This document shows, one piece after another, positions 11,598 through 23,700 of a stretch of DNA of 64,000 bases (positions are counted from its first letter, which is position 1; each line of letters opens with the position of its first letter). The notes below the pieces were generated by a model that saw nothing but the letters and a program-made list of their open reading frames with translations, had not been told where the DNA came from and made no database searches. Made by a program: the position numbers and the translations under genes. This DNA is from Gnetum montanum (lineage: Eukaryota; Plantae; Gnetophyta), in contig MNCI01000527.1 in the NCBI GenBank assembly GCA_015680685.1, positions 124,001-188,000 of the forward strand, in the 5' to 3' direction.

Positions 11598-14500
11598 TCA
11601 GATGTAATACCGCTTTAGGTACAGATGATTCATCGGATTTGGTAGTTCGTTGTCATCGGTGTTTGCTAACTTGAATGCTCCGTTGCCTTATGCGCTGACG
11701 ACCAGGAAAGGAACTTCCCAGTTTGCAGAGAACTTACCTACTGGTTCATGAATGGCCTTGAGAACTAAATCTCCTTTCTCGATTGATTGCTGATGTAGGT
11801 TGTGTCGATGTTTCCATCTCTGTTTGTCTTGATATCTCTCGATGGTGTCAAGCATCTGGATGCATTTCTCCTCCACTAAGTCTAAATCCACGATTCTAGA
11901 CTCATTGTGTTGAGTCTCATTTATAACCGTAGATAGGACCATCCGCAATGAGGGAACCTGTAATTCCAAAGGCAACATTGCTTCTGATCCGTAGACCAGG
12001 CTATAGGGTGTCCTGTCTGTAGCTGTTTTGCACGTCGTACGATACGCCCATAGCACATAGAGGATTTTTTCATGCCATCGCTTCTTATTACTATTGAGAA
12101 TTTTCTTGAGTAAATTGATGATCACTTTGTTTGTTGCCTTTGCTTGACCATTTGCTTGCGGGTAATAAGGTGAAGAAAAAGATTGCCTAATACGAAGATT
12201 ATTGTAAAAAGATTTGGTTTCTGTGCTACTAAATTGTGGTTCGTTGTCAGTCACAATAGTCGTAGGGAGTCCAAACCTGGTTACAATATTGTCTAAGATG
12301 AAATGGCAAACCTGTCGAGATGTAATCTTTCGTAGGGGGATAGCCTCAATCCACTTTGTAAAATACTCAGTAGCAGTGATAATGAAGCTATGACCTACGG
12401 AAGATTTAGGCAAGATGGGGCCTATGATGTCTAGTCCCCATTGTTGGAATGGCCAAGTGATTTGAGTAGTGTGTAACTCAGTTGGTGACACATGTATTAG
12501 ATTTGCGTAACGCTGGCACGGGTCACACATCTTAACCTTGGCAAGGTAATCTTTTTCCATGTACGGCCAATAATACCCTAAGCGTCTAATTTTAGCAGTC
12601 ATTGCTCGTGGGGCTACGTGTCCTCTGCACAGTCCTTCATGGACGTCGTTAACTATTCGCTGTGCTTGGTCACTGTTAACGCAGGTAAGCAATACCCCAT
12701 CGAAGGAGCGTCTACAGAGAGTACTGTCTCCAAGGATGACGTATTGCCTAGCATGTTTGCGCATGACATCTTTTTGCGCATGTGTTAACTCGTGCGGTGG
12801 TTCGCCATGCAGAAGGTAAGTTTTAATGCTGTCATACCATTCTGACGTTCCTTCCGCATTTAATGAGGAGATTTGTGCCGCTTGAATGACAGGCTTTGTA
12901 CATTCTATCATTAAAGCGGGCCAAGTGGTAAACAAACGTGGTGGCACGTTTAGTGTCAGTGTTGCCAGTGCATCGGCGACGACATTTTCATTGCACAGTA
13001 CATGTTGAGCATCGGTTTTTACGAATTGCTTCAGGAGATCTTTAGCCATATCGCAGTAGGGCTGTAGGTGCACAGCCTTGCAGGCGTAGAATCCTGTGAT
13101 TTGATTAATTACTAGCATCGAATCGCCTCAGATTGTTAGGTGTTGAATGTTGAGTTCTTTGGCCATCAACAATCCTCTGAGGAGCCCCTCATACTTTACC
13201 ATATTGTTCGTACAAGGGAAGGTCAGGCAGTAAGTCGACGGACGCACATCCTCAGGAGGAAGCATAATAACGGCGATGACACTGCCGCCTCTAGTGGTTG
13301 AAGCTCCATCAAAATATAATGTCGCTTCAGGGCCTATTGATACAGGGCTTAAACTATGTACATGTTCATCTGGGAATTCTGGTTCTATTGTAGCTTGATC
13401 GTTAACCGGCAACATTGCTAATTGATCAGCTATGGCCTAACCTTTGGTTGATGACTGGTCAACATAATGTAAATCGAACTCAGCTGTGATAGCTTTCCAG
13501 CGAGCTATCTTATTACTTTCATACAAATTATTGGAGATAGCCCGCAGAACATTACTTTTACAAATTATGTTGACCTGACTGCGGAAAAGATAATGTCTAC
13601 ATTTTTTGAGTGTGAAAACTAATGCCAAACAGTTACGCTCTACTTCGTTGTACCTTGTTTCATAAGCAAATAGAGCATGGCTGAGGTAATAGATAGGTGC
13701 TTCTGACCCATTGTTCCTTTTCTGGTAAAGTAACACAGTTATAGACACGTTTGAGTTAGCTAGATAAATGTAGAAAGGCTGATCCATTTGTGGCGGGAAA
13801 ACTGTTGGTAAATGTTGCAGCTCTTCTTTTAAATTATCAAATGCACGCTGGCAGTCATCGGTCCATTCAAAATTGACACCCTTATTCAGAAGATGTTGCA
13901 TGGGGTGTAATTTATCTGTTAACTTTGAAATGAATCGCCTGATGAACTGAAGCCTACCCTGTAACTCGCATAATTCTTTGAGATTTGTTGGTGGTGTTAA
14001 ATCGACAATGGCTTTAACCTTGTTGGGGTCGACTCGGATGCCAGTCTCTGATACCACAAATCCCAACATGCGTCCGATTTTGACTCTGAATACGCACTTC
14101 TTCGGGTTGAGCCGTAAGTCATGTTGGAGACATCATTTAAGGACCAACTCCAGGTCTTCTAAATGATCCTCTAACTTTATAGACTTGACAGCTATGTCAT
14201 CTACATAGTCGTTCAATCTCCCTAAGAGATAATCGCTAAAGATGTACGTGATGGCTTGTTGATATGTTGCTTCGAATTTTTTAACCTGGAAGACATCATG
14301 GTGTAGCAGAAGGTCCCCTTGGGTGTCATGAATGTTGTGGTCAATTGGTGCTCTGGGTTAATACGAATTTGATTATAGCCTGAGAAACCATCCATAAAGG
14401 ACAGGAGCGTGTGGCCAGCTGTTGTGTCGATTAGTTGGTCGATACTCGGTAACGGGAAGTTGTCCTTACTTGTAGCTTTGTTCAGATCCCGGAAGTCTAT

Positions 14501-15076
14501 GCAGATGCGTATGCCTTCCATTTTCTTAGAAACAACTACAATGTTGGACATCCAGTCTGAGTAATCGACCGCACGGATGAAACTAGCCTGATATAGCTTG
14601 GAGATTTCATCACACACTGCTAGCACGATTTCTGGCTTAATCTTCCATGCCTTCTATCTAATTGGTCTAATGCGTGGGTCTAAGATTATGTTGTGCTGTA
14701 ATAATCTTAGGTTAAAACTTGGCATGTCTTCATATGACCACGTGAATACAACAGCATTGTTTTGGAGCACTTGGGTTATGTCACTCTGCTTCTGTTGGTC
14801 TAGGAGAGAACTAACCCTAAGAGTTTTATTTTCACCTTTGTGCGTAACCACAAGGACCTCGCTGAGAGGGTCGTTTGTTACATCACCAGCCTCCAGGTCG
14901 AGTGTTTGGGCCAGATGTTCTGGCAAGTCTAGGGATATTGCCAATGTCACTATGGTTGCGTCATAAAGAGAAGGGTTTGTTCCTACTAGCGTGTGGTCGT
15001 ACTGTCTAATGATCTTCCCATACGGCCCTGTTAAGGCTAAGGGTGCGGATAAAGCTGTGTCCATTTGCGAGCGATC
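11598..15076 (-). pseudogene. pol: pol: RT, RNase H, archaeal-type RNase H (aRH), integrase
   Basis: RT motifs RICIDFRDLN, FMDGFSGYNQI and YVDD (~14200). aRH motifs YFDGA, TNN..YE, GDS, N..ADALA. INT with HHCC-like region, WGLDIIGP, YPQANGQ, and C-terminus YLKRYYI* at 11598. Several stops and frameshifts. Confidence 0.95.
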
Positions 15077-15667
15077 CTGCAAAATTGCCAAAAATGAAAG
15101 TTGTTACATAGTCTTTTTCGCCAATCTGTTAAATGATAAAATTTTGTTTTTCCTGCATTAGAACCACATGTTAGAGAAGTTTCCAATTTAAGGTCTTAGT
15201 GGACCATTACAAATATGCATAGTTTGTAAAAGGAAATGTGAAGCGAAGCTACCTAGATGCTAGTGTATGAAACAAGATGAAAGGTGTAACGTGGCATGTC
15301 TAGTGTGTCAAAATGGTTGGATTTGAATTTTGCACTAACCATAGTTAATGTGATCGAATTACGAGGTGATAAGCTATGCGTTAGTTTAGGGTCATTTCGG
15401 ACCATAACCCAAATGATATCTCCGACATTAATGCCCAGATCTTCGCGTTTTATGTCACACTGACACCTGCGTTTCGGGAAAGTTCCGCGTCGATCAGGCA
15501 GAAATAATCAGTTGGTTTTGAGCATTTTGTTTATAAACCAGTGGTTCATACTCAAAACAGGTTACCGATATCGTGAATTTGGACCTGGTTATAGCTAGAA
15601 GAGAGCGTGAGCAAGGCGTGAGCAAACGATTTTACGAGGACTTTGTTCAATTTTGACCTTTGCAACA

Positions 15668-18600
15668 ATGGCACCCAAGGTTAAAGGCAAGAATGCTAAG
15701 TTGGCCAGGATAGATGAGATGCAGGAGAGTGTGCAGCGGGTTTCATAGGCCAGAGTAGAAGCTCTAGACATTATCCCGCTTAACCAGTAAGTCACTTTTC
15801 ACCCTTTTTTTTATGCTATTGTCATGTTTGTTGCAGTGTCATGGTTTGTCTATTTTTGATTCTAATGTTGTATCATGGCGTTAATGTCTATCTGCAAGAA
15901 CTGAACTATTGTTATGAAGGCTTAGATGATATGGAATAACGTTGTACAGAGATAATGTATATCGTGTAAATGTAGTGTAATCAGAGTTCTGTAATATTTA
16001 TATATTGCATCGGAGTAATACGCAGTCTTTGCTTTCATTGCCGTCGTCAGAGACGAACCTTGAGCTGTTATAAGGGTTTAGGCGATTTTGGCTATGCGCC
16101 TCTAGTATACGCCATAATTTTCCAGGAATTGTGCGAGCCCTAGTGTAGCGTAACAAATATTCATGTCTAGATTTTGTCTAACAGTAGTATATTTGTCTTC
16201 TACAGTATTAAGCTAAAGCCCGTCTTAATCGTTTTGGACATCGTGGGCGTTCTGTGCTACGATCATGCCCTCGTGGCCAATGTTCCTCCTCCTCATGCTC
16301 GTCTAAAGGAGGAGGCGGTGTGGTTCCGAAGATGCGCATGAGATTTTTTGCAATTTCTACTTCACAACTATAGCGTAATCGTCTTGTCGCATTTACTAGG
16401 TGATGAAGCTGCCGCTATTTTGGAGATGCTATTAGTCGGTTCGACGTAGAGCGTCTTAGCGTTTCTGTCAGACAGCACGATTGAAACTATGTGGGTGCAA
16501 GACTGCGAACAGAATGTCAAGGGTTTAAGGCATTTAAACTGGATCTGGGAAATGCCCAGGTTTAACTGTTATCATGCCTATAACACTCTATTCGTGGCCC
16601 ATCATCCCACAACTTATTTCCAGAATCCACCAGGTACCGTGCATTACGCAGGTGGGTAAGTTTCGCTTCATCTCGCAGTATTGTAATGCTAACTATTGTT
16701 TAGATGCGTATTGAGTGTAAAAGGATTTGTGTTTCTGGCATAGGTTTTTTATCAATGAAAGTAGTCTTATGGGCAATAATGATACATTGTCGTTGGCTGA
16801 GAATGCTATAAGGGAATTTACCTTTATCAGCAACGTGCGGGTTGTCTTCATGGGACATCTGGCATTCAAGATCCCAAAATACCCTACCCATTATGTCGAC
16901 TTCTTTTCTAGGTGTAAGAAACTCGGATGGCTGGATAGGGAGTGGACTTTGGACCCTCCCCTTACCGTTGCTGATGTTTAAAGGAAAATCCCTCCGTTTC
17001 CTTTACCTTTCGGTCCTGGTAAGCTTTGTCATAATAATGAATTGTGTTAATGTTGTGTGATGATGATGTGAAATCATCTTGGTTTAACTGTGGTTTTGTG
17101 TTAATAGTTAGGGAATCACGGGAGATTACGATTATGGCTTCGGGTCGCGAGGCCAGCAGTCTTTTCTTTTGTTATGGTGACATAAAAGAGGCACAATGTT
17201 GGCTCGGCCATAGAGCGGCCCCAATTGTAGTAATCAACAACATTTGGGAAGCTGGACTGATGGACCTTTTCTTGGCCATAACCCCTGACACTACTGCAGG
17301 TGAAATGTTGACCCTGGTCAACTCCTTTAGTGAGGAAGCCGAGCGTCTCTACATACACATACGCAATGTGCACGTAAATTTTGACATTGATGCTCAGTTG
17401 TTCGCTAATCTCTTTGGGGTCCCCTCCAATGATTTTCTCATAGATGAAAAGTTGAAGAGGAGCTCCAAACTCCAGAAAGAGATAGAGGAGTGACTGGGGG
17501 TTTAGAAAGAAACCAAGGGGATCCTTGGTGATAGGATCGTGTTGGAGGTGGCCCATACCGTTTACCCCCTTTTTCAGGCTCGGGCCTTTCCCAAGATACT
17601 CTTACAGGGGAGATTCCTCACCATCGAGCAGGCACGAATTATGCGAGAGGTCTTAGAGGGAGGGACACGTTTCAATTGGGAGAGCTATTTTGCTGAAGGC
17701 TTGCATGTTGAGATGGTTAGGCTTCACCAGAAGCTTGAAAACCGTTTCAACGTGCATTTTACCTTCTTCATAGCTTGCTTCCAGCATTTTGCTAAATTTC
17801 TGGTGGTCTAGAGGGATGGGGTCTAGGTGCAGCAAGATTGTACTCAGATTTCCAAACCATTGATCTCCCATATTTTTGGCACTATCCGGTCGCAGGACCC
17901 TCCTGTGGGGATTGGGCAGTTGTTGTCGGTAATGACTAGGATTATGGCTGCACCTCGAACACGAGGACAAGACAGTGTGGGTGGGGTGCCCCCCTCTTAC
18001 ACCGACGATGTGTCAAGAGGGAAGCGCCTGGCTGCTGAGATAGTAGATTCCTCAGTGCCGCGGAAAAAGCCTCGTTTAAACGAGGGATCTGCTGAACTAG
18101 CAGGTGGTGTCGGGAAAAAAATGCAAATCTGGTTCCAACGGAGTGTTCTTCCGGGTGGTAAGTGTCCAAATGTGTTAGCGGTTATGATTTGCGTAGAGGT
18201 TGTAGCGTAACATTTGTTGAACAAAAGTGAAATTTTATGTTAACTAGTTGTGTTGTATAATAGTGAGGGAAAAGGTTGTAGACCAGTTGACCCCCGAAAC
18301 GAGGGCTATGGTCTTATGACGTGGAGAAGGGGCCTTAGTCTCAGAAGAAGAGGCCCCAGTTAATAAAGCGAGGAGTTCATAGCCTCCTGTGTGTGAGGAG
18401 GAAATAGTTGTGGAGGATGCCGAAGTCCTTTCGGCTGGAATTAACCGAGGCAAGTGGTTTGTTGCTTGATAAAATTAATTTTTATTTTGTACTAGTTGTC
18501 GTAATATCCCAGTCATACCTTTTATCCTGCATAACAAGTGACCAAAGCGTGCCCTTGACAATGGTGGCGACTCACTCCTGGGGTGAGTTTCTTGATAAAT

Positions 18601-19871
18601 TCACCTTTATGGAAGGGGTTGTCCAAGATATGATCGGTTGCTTAGAGCGAATCGATCCTGAAGTTGGTACGCTACAATCATTATGCAAAAGTTACTTTAC
18701 TGTGGCATTACGCTACTTAATTATGCCTAACTGTTATTTTCATGTTATTAGGAGCTCACCTCAGGTGGGACCTGTCAGAGCCCATCAATTTTGACACCAC
18801 CGAGCCCTCACCAGAAACGACCATCGTGCCTTACAACATTTACGATGAGATGCGTAAATGTACTTTATGATCAACTCGCTCCTTATGGGAGTGTCAGAGT
18901 GTAAACGAGGACCTTTGGAAGAGATTGCACAGGTCGGAGAAGGAGAGAATGGCTCTACGTGATGAGGTCAGGGATCTAAAATCCCGGAATGAATTCCTGC
19001 AAGCCTAAGAGATGAGAAGCGAGGACTGGAGGACAGCTGTAATTGACTACGCCTGTTACTGGGCTGTCGTCAGGAACAACGTCCAAACTAGCCATGAACT
19101 GGTTGAACAACGTATGCAGATGGACCTCCTTACTTAGAAGAACCAGGATTGGAAGGATTATAACGCGAGTGTACAAGAGTGGGGGCAAACGCAGAAGGAT
19201 CATAAACATGTTTATAAATGGGAAAGCGCTACCTACCATCAACATTATAGGGACTTTGCTATTGAGGCTCAATCCCTTAGGCTTTTTCTCGACGTTATTG
19301 ATGCTTCCAAGGCATTTGAAAAGTTCCAGGAGCAAGTGACAGTGAGTGCTTCTTCGGAAAGAGAAGTGAATCTCCCTGGAGGCGAAACTACCGTCCCTTC
19401 TTTTTTCCCTGTACCACCCCGATGGAGTCCTATTGAGAAGGGGAAGGTTAAGGCTGGAACTAATCTAGGAGATGAGGTTTGGTCTAAGCTCATCAAGGAC
19501 GAAATCATGCATTGTCTGTGGATTGGCTTAGAACAAGTCCCCTTTGATGCTGATGCTGGACCGTCACAGGTGAGTTGTAGTATTATTGTGTTTTTTGTTA
19601 TACCTAGTTTTGACGATGATGTTAATCTATGTACCATGTCTAATCACAGGAATGACCTGAGGAAATTCCTCGATAGGATGAAGCTAATGAAGGTGGTGAC
19701 CCTCATGAAGAGGGTTTGCAGGAAACAGAGCATGCTGAAGGGTATCACGAAGAGGATCGCCCTTATGAAAGGATTCCTCGTGCAAAGGGTGGCCTTTATG
19801 AGGACGACCTCCTTGGAGTAGAAATTGAACTAGGGGATATAGGGAACAGTGGTAGTAAGGGAGATGCGTAA
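15668..19871 (+). pseudogene. Antisense ~8-exon accessory gene (~1050-1100 aa): FCP1/NIF-like HAD domain, TE-type RFNW domain, coiled coil, acidic tail
   Basis: Predicted exons 15668-15786, 16206-16655, 16744-17018, 17108-18157, 18264-18449, ~18536-18666, 18752-19569, 19650-19871. Phases match across the GT-AG junctions. The exon 5/6 junction (GC donor, decayed acceptor) is uncertain. Internal stops are explicable by single transitions. Confidence 0.8.
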
Positions 19872-20084
19872 TGAATTAACCTGGTATTTTATTGTGGTGT
19901 GACGAGACAAGATACTATATTTCTTTCTTTTAAAGTATTTGAAACAAATTTCGGTATTAATGTTAGTGTTCTTTTTGTTGTCTTCTCTTTATGTAAAATG
20001 TATTGTAGGTTTTAACGTTGGTGCTGAATTGTGATTAGTTTGATAAATTGTGATTAGTTTTAAAAGCGTAGCGTCAATATGGTT

Positions 20085-20600
20085 ACTAGTTTGAAGCCAT
20101 TGTGGGCTGTTAAATTGTCTAAATGTAAAGCATAAATGACATTGCTAGTTTAAGGCCATTTCGGGCCTTGTATAGTCTAAGGCCATTTAAGGCCTTTTTA
20201 GTAGTTTAAGGTGCGAAGCATAAATGAATTTTTGGTGTAGAGCGTAAATGACATCGCTAGTTTAAGGTCATTTCAGGCCCTGGATAGTTTAAGGCCATTT
20301 CGGGCCTTGGATAGTTTAAGGCCATTTTAGGCCATTTTTTTTTCTTTTTAGTTTAAGGTATGAAGAGTAAGCGTAAATTGGATTTCAGTATAAAGCGTGA
20401 ATGAAATTTGCGTTGCAAGCGTAAATGGGATGTAGGTACAAAGAGTAAATGGAATTGCTAGTTTAAGGCCATTTTGGGTCGTAGCTGATTCAAGTGCCAC
20501 GTGTAAATGAAGTTGCTAGTTTAAGGCCATTTCAGGCCTTTGCGTAATTCGGGTGCAAAGTGTAGATAAGGTTGCTAGTTTAAGGCCATTTCGAGCCTTT
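20085..20600. repeat. Tandem array of TAGTTTAAGGCCATTTCGGGCC-like units interleaved with AAGCGTAAAT
   Basis: About ten recognisable copies; related units at 2550-2660, 33370-33500 and 37960-38040 in the host. Confidence 0.8.
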
Positions 20601-20772
20601 GCATAATTCGAGAAAAGAAGATGGAAGCATAAAGCTAAACACAAAGGTAAACAAGAGCGTAATGAAGGTAGCTTGTGGAAAGCGTAAATACATACATAAA
20701 CATAAGAAGTATAAAGGGTAAGCGTAAACAGAGTGTTTGATGAGACCGTAGTAGTTAGGTAATGTTTTTTAC

Positions 20773-23700
20773 CTGCAACTCCGTAACTATTTCTTAATTG
20801 CCTTCGTCTTTAACAACGCGTAAGGATGGGGAGATTTATGGTCCTTCTCCCTTGCCTCGCAATCTTCCCTATGGTAGTTTAGCCCATGTTAGGCTATCAT
20901 CAGCCATTGTTTCAGGTTGCTCGGGTACTGAGACAGTGGATGGATTCTTAGGCGTTTGAATCTCCAACCCTTGTTCTATCTCTATGTTGTTAACGGCTTG
21001 AGGGGTTATTTCATCACCTCGGATAACCACTTCTCCTCTTGTGTAAGAAAAATGGATTTCCTAATCAATGGGTGATGAAACTGCTCTCAGTTGGGCTAAC
21101 CAAGACCTCCCAAGAATCAAATTGAATCTAGGCATTTCCTCGACCACGATGAACATAGCGTCCGTGGGGAACTGGTCCCCTGCCACAAAGTTGATATGAA
21201 CGGTCCCTTTGACCTGCACCCATGCCCCGTTGAACGACTTTAGGCATGATGTTGATGTAGGATTGATTTGGTCGATCAGGCCTAATTTATCCACTATGGG
21301 ATAAGGGATGATATTAGTGGCTGCCCCGTTATCTACATGTACTCTCTGGATTCGGTGCTGGCCGACTCGGATGGTGATGAACATGGGTGCTATTGTCACC
21401 TGACCCTCAGGGTTGTCCTTAATGGACTCATCATGAAAGTTCAACGGGGTGGGATTTGGTTTTTTAGCGGTAGGGAGAAGCATGATGGAGTGAATTGCTT
21501 CTTCGTTTGCCGGTAGGCTTTCGTCCACAGGTGTGGACGTTAGCATGCGAACCATAGCTTCACGATGTGTTTGCGACGTCATGAGTAAGTCATAAAGGCT
21601 CAACATTGTATTTTTCTGTTTCAAAGCCTATTTGACTTGTGCCAGGGCATCAAAGAGATCTTGCCCATAGTCAGGTTGTTTGTCACCCTTTTCCTCTTCC
21701 ATTCGCCCTAAGAGGTGAATTTCGCTGGGAGGAGTGGCATTTGGTCGAGAGCTACGCTTCCTTTGGCCTGGAGGAGATAATTGCTTTCGTGTAACCTCTT
21801 TGTGTTTGACAAGTGGGGCTAACGGTGCAGAAGCGAGGGGTTGAGGTTTGGGTAACCCCAACGTAAGAGGACCCTTGGCTGCATCAATAGTGACAGTAGG
21901 TAAGTTTAACTTAGAGGATTGCCCCTGCATAGGAGGGACGGTTGATAGTTTTGGTACTTTGATGACTAAGGGTGCCTTGGGTGTAGGCGTGGGCTGTGCC
22001 ACGGCTTTAATGACTGCAGGCTGTCGGGAAGTATTCTGGGACGAAGTTCGGAGGATGAAAGGATGCCTTGGAGTGCCACTCATTGGCGTTGACGGACCTG
22101 TCGTTTGGGTCGAACGAGGTTGTGTTCGCAACACAAAAGGCTACCTTGGGTGTACAACGCAGCCTGATTATCGCCCTATGTTCCTACCATGTTGATTGTG
22201 TACCCTACATTGTTTGCGTTCAACGGATCTTGGTACACACACATGACCTGGTTTTCTGGGCATGTTGGACTACTGCTATCTAAGATCAAGTCACCTTGAT
22301 CTATCAGATGTTGGATGTCATCCTTCAATACCCAGCAGTAGTCCATATCATGGCTGCACAATTGATGGTAGTCGCAGAATCGGTCTAGCTTAAAGTTCTT
22401 AGGCATAGGCAGTTCATTAGGCTAGGCTAAGGAGGGATTCTTGAGTAGCTTGCAGTGGCACCTATGGCGTTTCAGAGCCTCCTCAGACACCGCCTTGTGT
22501 CGGATGTGGTCGGTTCCCAATAATTGCTTCAGAAGTTCTAAAGGCTTCACAGGTAGGGTTGCGTAATTTGAGCGATCTTTATGCTCAAATTTCAACCTTA
22601 GTTGTGGAGATGCTTTAGGGGTAGAAGAAGCTTCTTGATTGGTGCCATTCGAGCTAGTTGTAGGCTCGGCTGGCTCCGCAGCAGTTTTCTTGCCGTTGTT
22701 GTTCTTTTTCTTGGCCCCTTTAGCAACTATCGCGACTGTAGTCTTCGTGGCTTTACCTTTTTCCTTACCCTTATTGTGGGAATTTTTGTAGGCCACATAC
22801 ACTGGATCTTTACTAGCCTCTGCTACGTCTTGGATGCTCTTAGTCTGAGCGAAGGCTTGGCTGAGGGAACGGGGGATGAGGTAATACAGCTTAGACTTGA
22901 TAAAGTCGTTGACTACTCCCTTGAAAATTGCCAATAGATGGGCATCCGTGATGGGTTCGCGGATTTTGTTCAAGATGGTGCTCCACCACTGTATGAACTT
23001 TTGGACTGACTTGAGCGGGTCTTGCTTAACCCCCATAAGCTAGTCTAGTATGACCTTTGGCTTCAAGTTGTATTTGAAGTGAATCACAAACTGGGTTAGC
23101 AGCTCTTCCAAAGTTGAAATGGAAGCACGTGGAAGTGCTCGATACCAATCCAAAGCTTTACCCATTAAAGACATAGGAAAGACACGGATTATAGTATGTG
23201 ACAACTATTGCAACAATAAGGACTCTGATCTGAAAGTGACGAGGTGGGTATTGGGATCACCTTCCCCATTGTATTTCGTGAAATGAGGAAGGGGGATCCC
23301 AGATGGCAACGACAGGACTGGGACTGTTGGACTGATAGGATCGTCATGGTAGAAATCCATGACTTGTACCACATCAGAATCGGCAGCCTTGAGATGCTTG
23401 ACCTCTTCTGTAAGGGTCTGGATGAGCTGGAAGGCTTGGTCCAGACTTGTAGACGATGACGTCGTTTGTGGAATGGAAGGGGGAGCAACACCGAGTGGCA
23501 GCATAGAGGCAATAGCTTGGTCGACGGTTGGTGCTATCGGAATAGTCCTTGCAGGCAGTGTTGCTTGCAGCATCCAGCATATGGTGGTTGGTGCAGATGG
23601 GGGAACCATCATCGGCTGCGCTATTGGGTACACTGTTTGTGTAGCCAGGGGCATGAGCAGCGATCCCATAGCTGGGTTCAGCGTTTGTGGAACTTGACCT

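Larger units (their letters stand above)
15077..20772 (-). other. Predicted 5696-bp intron between protease and RT
   Basis: Donor CAG|gtaaaa at 20773/20772 is in the PR frame at phase 0. Acceptor ttttgcag|GAT at 15077/15076 is in the frame leading into RT at phase 0. An equivalent acceptor exists in the host at 29856/29857. Confidence 0.7.

Noticed and set aside
15100-20000. Spacer interpreted as an independent nested transposon
   Set aside because: No TIRs, LTRs or TSD seen, and the homologous gene is at the same position in the diverged host family.
20085-20600. Repeat-spacer pattern resembling a CRISPR array
   Set aside because: Degenerate units, irregular and mutually similar spacers, no cas genes, eukaryotic retrotransposon context.
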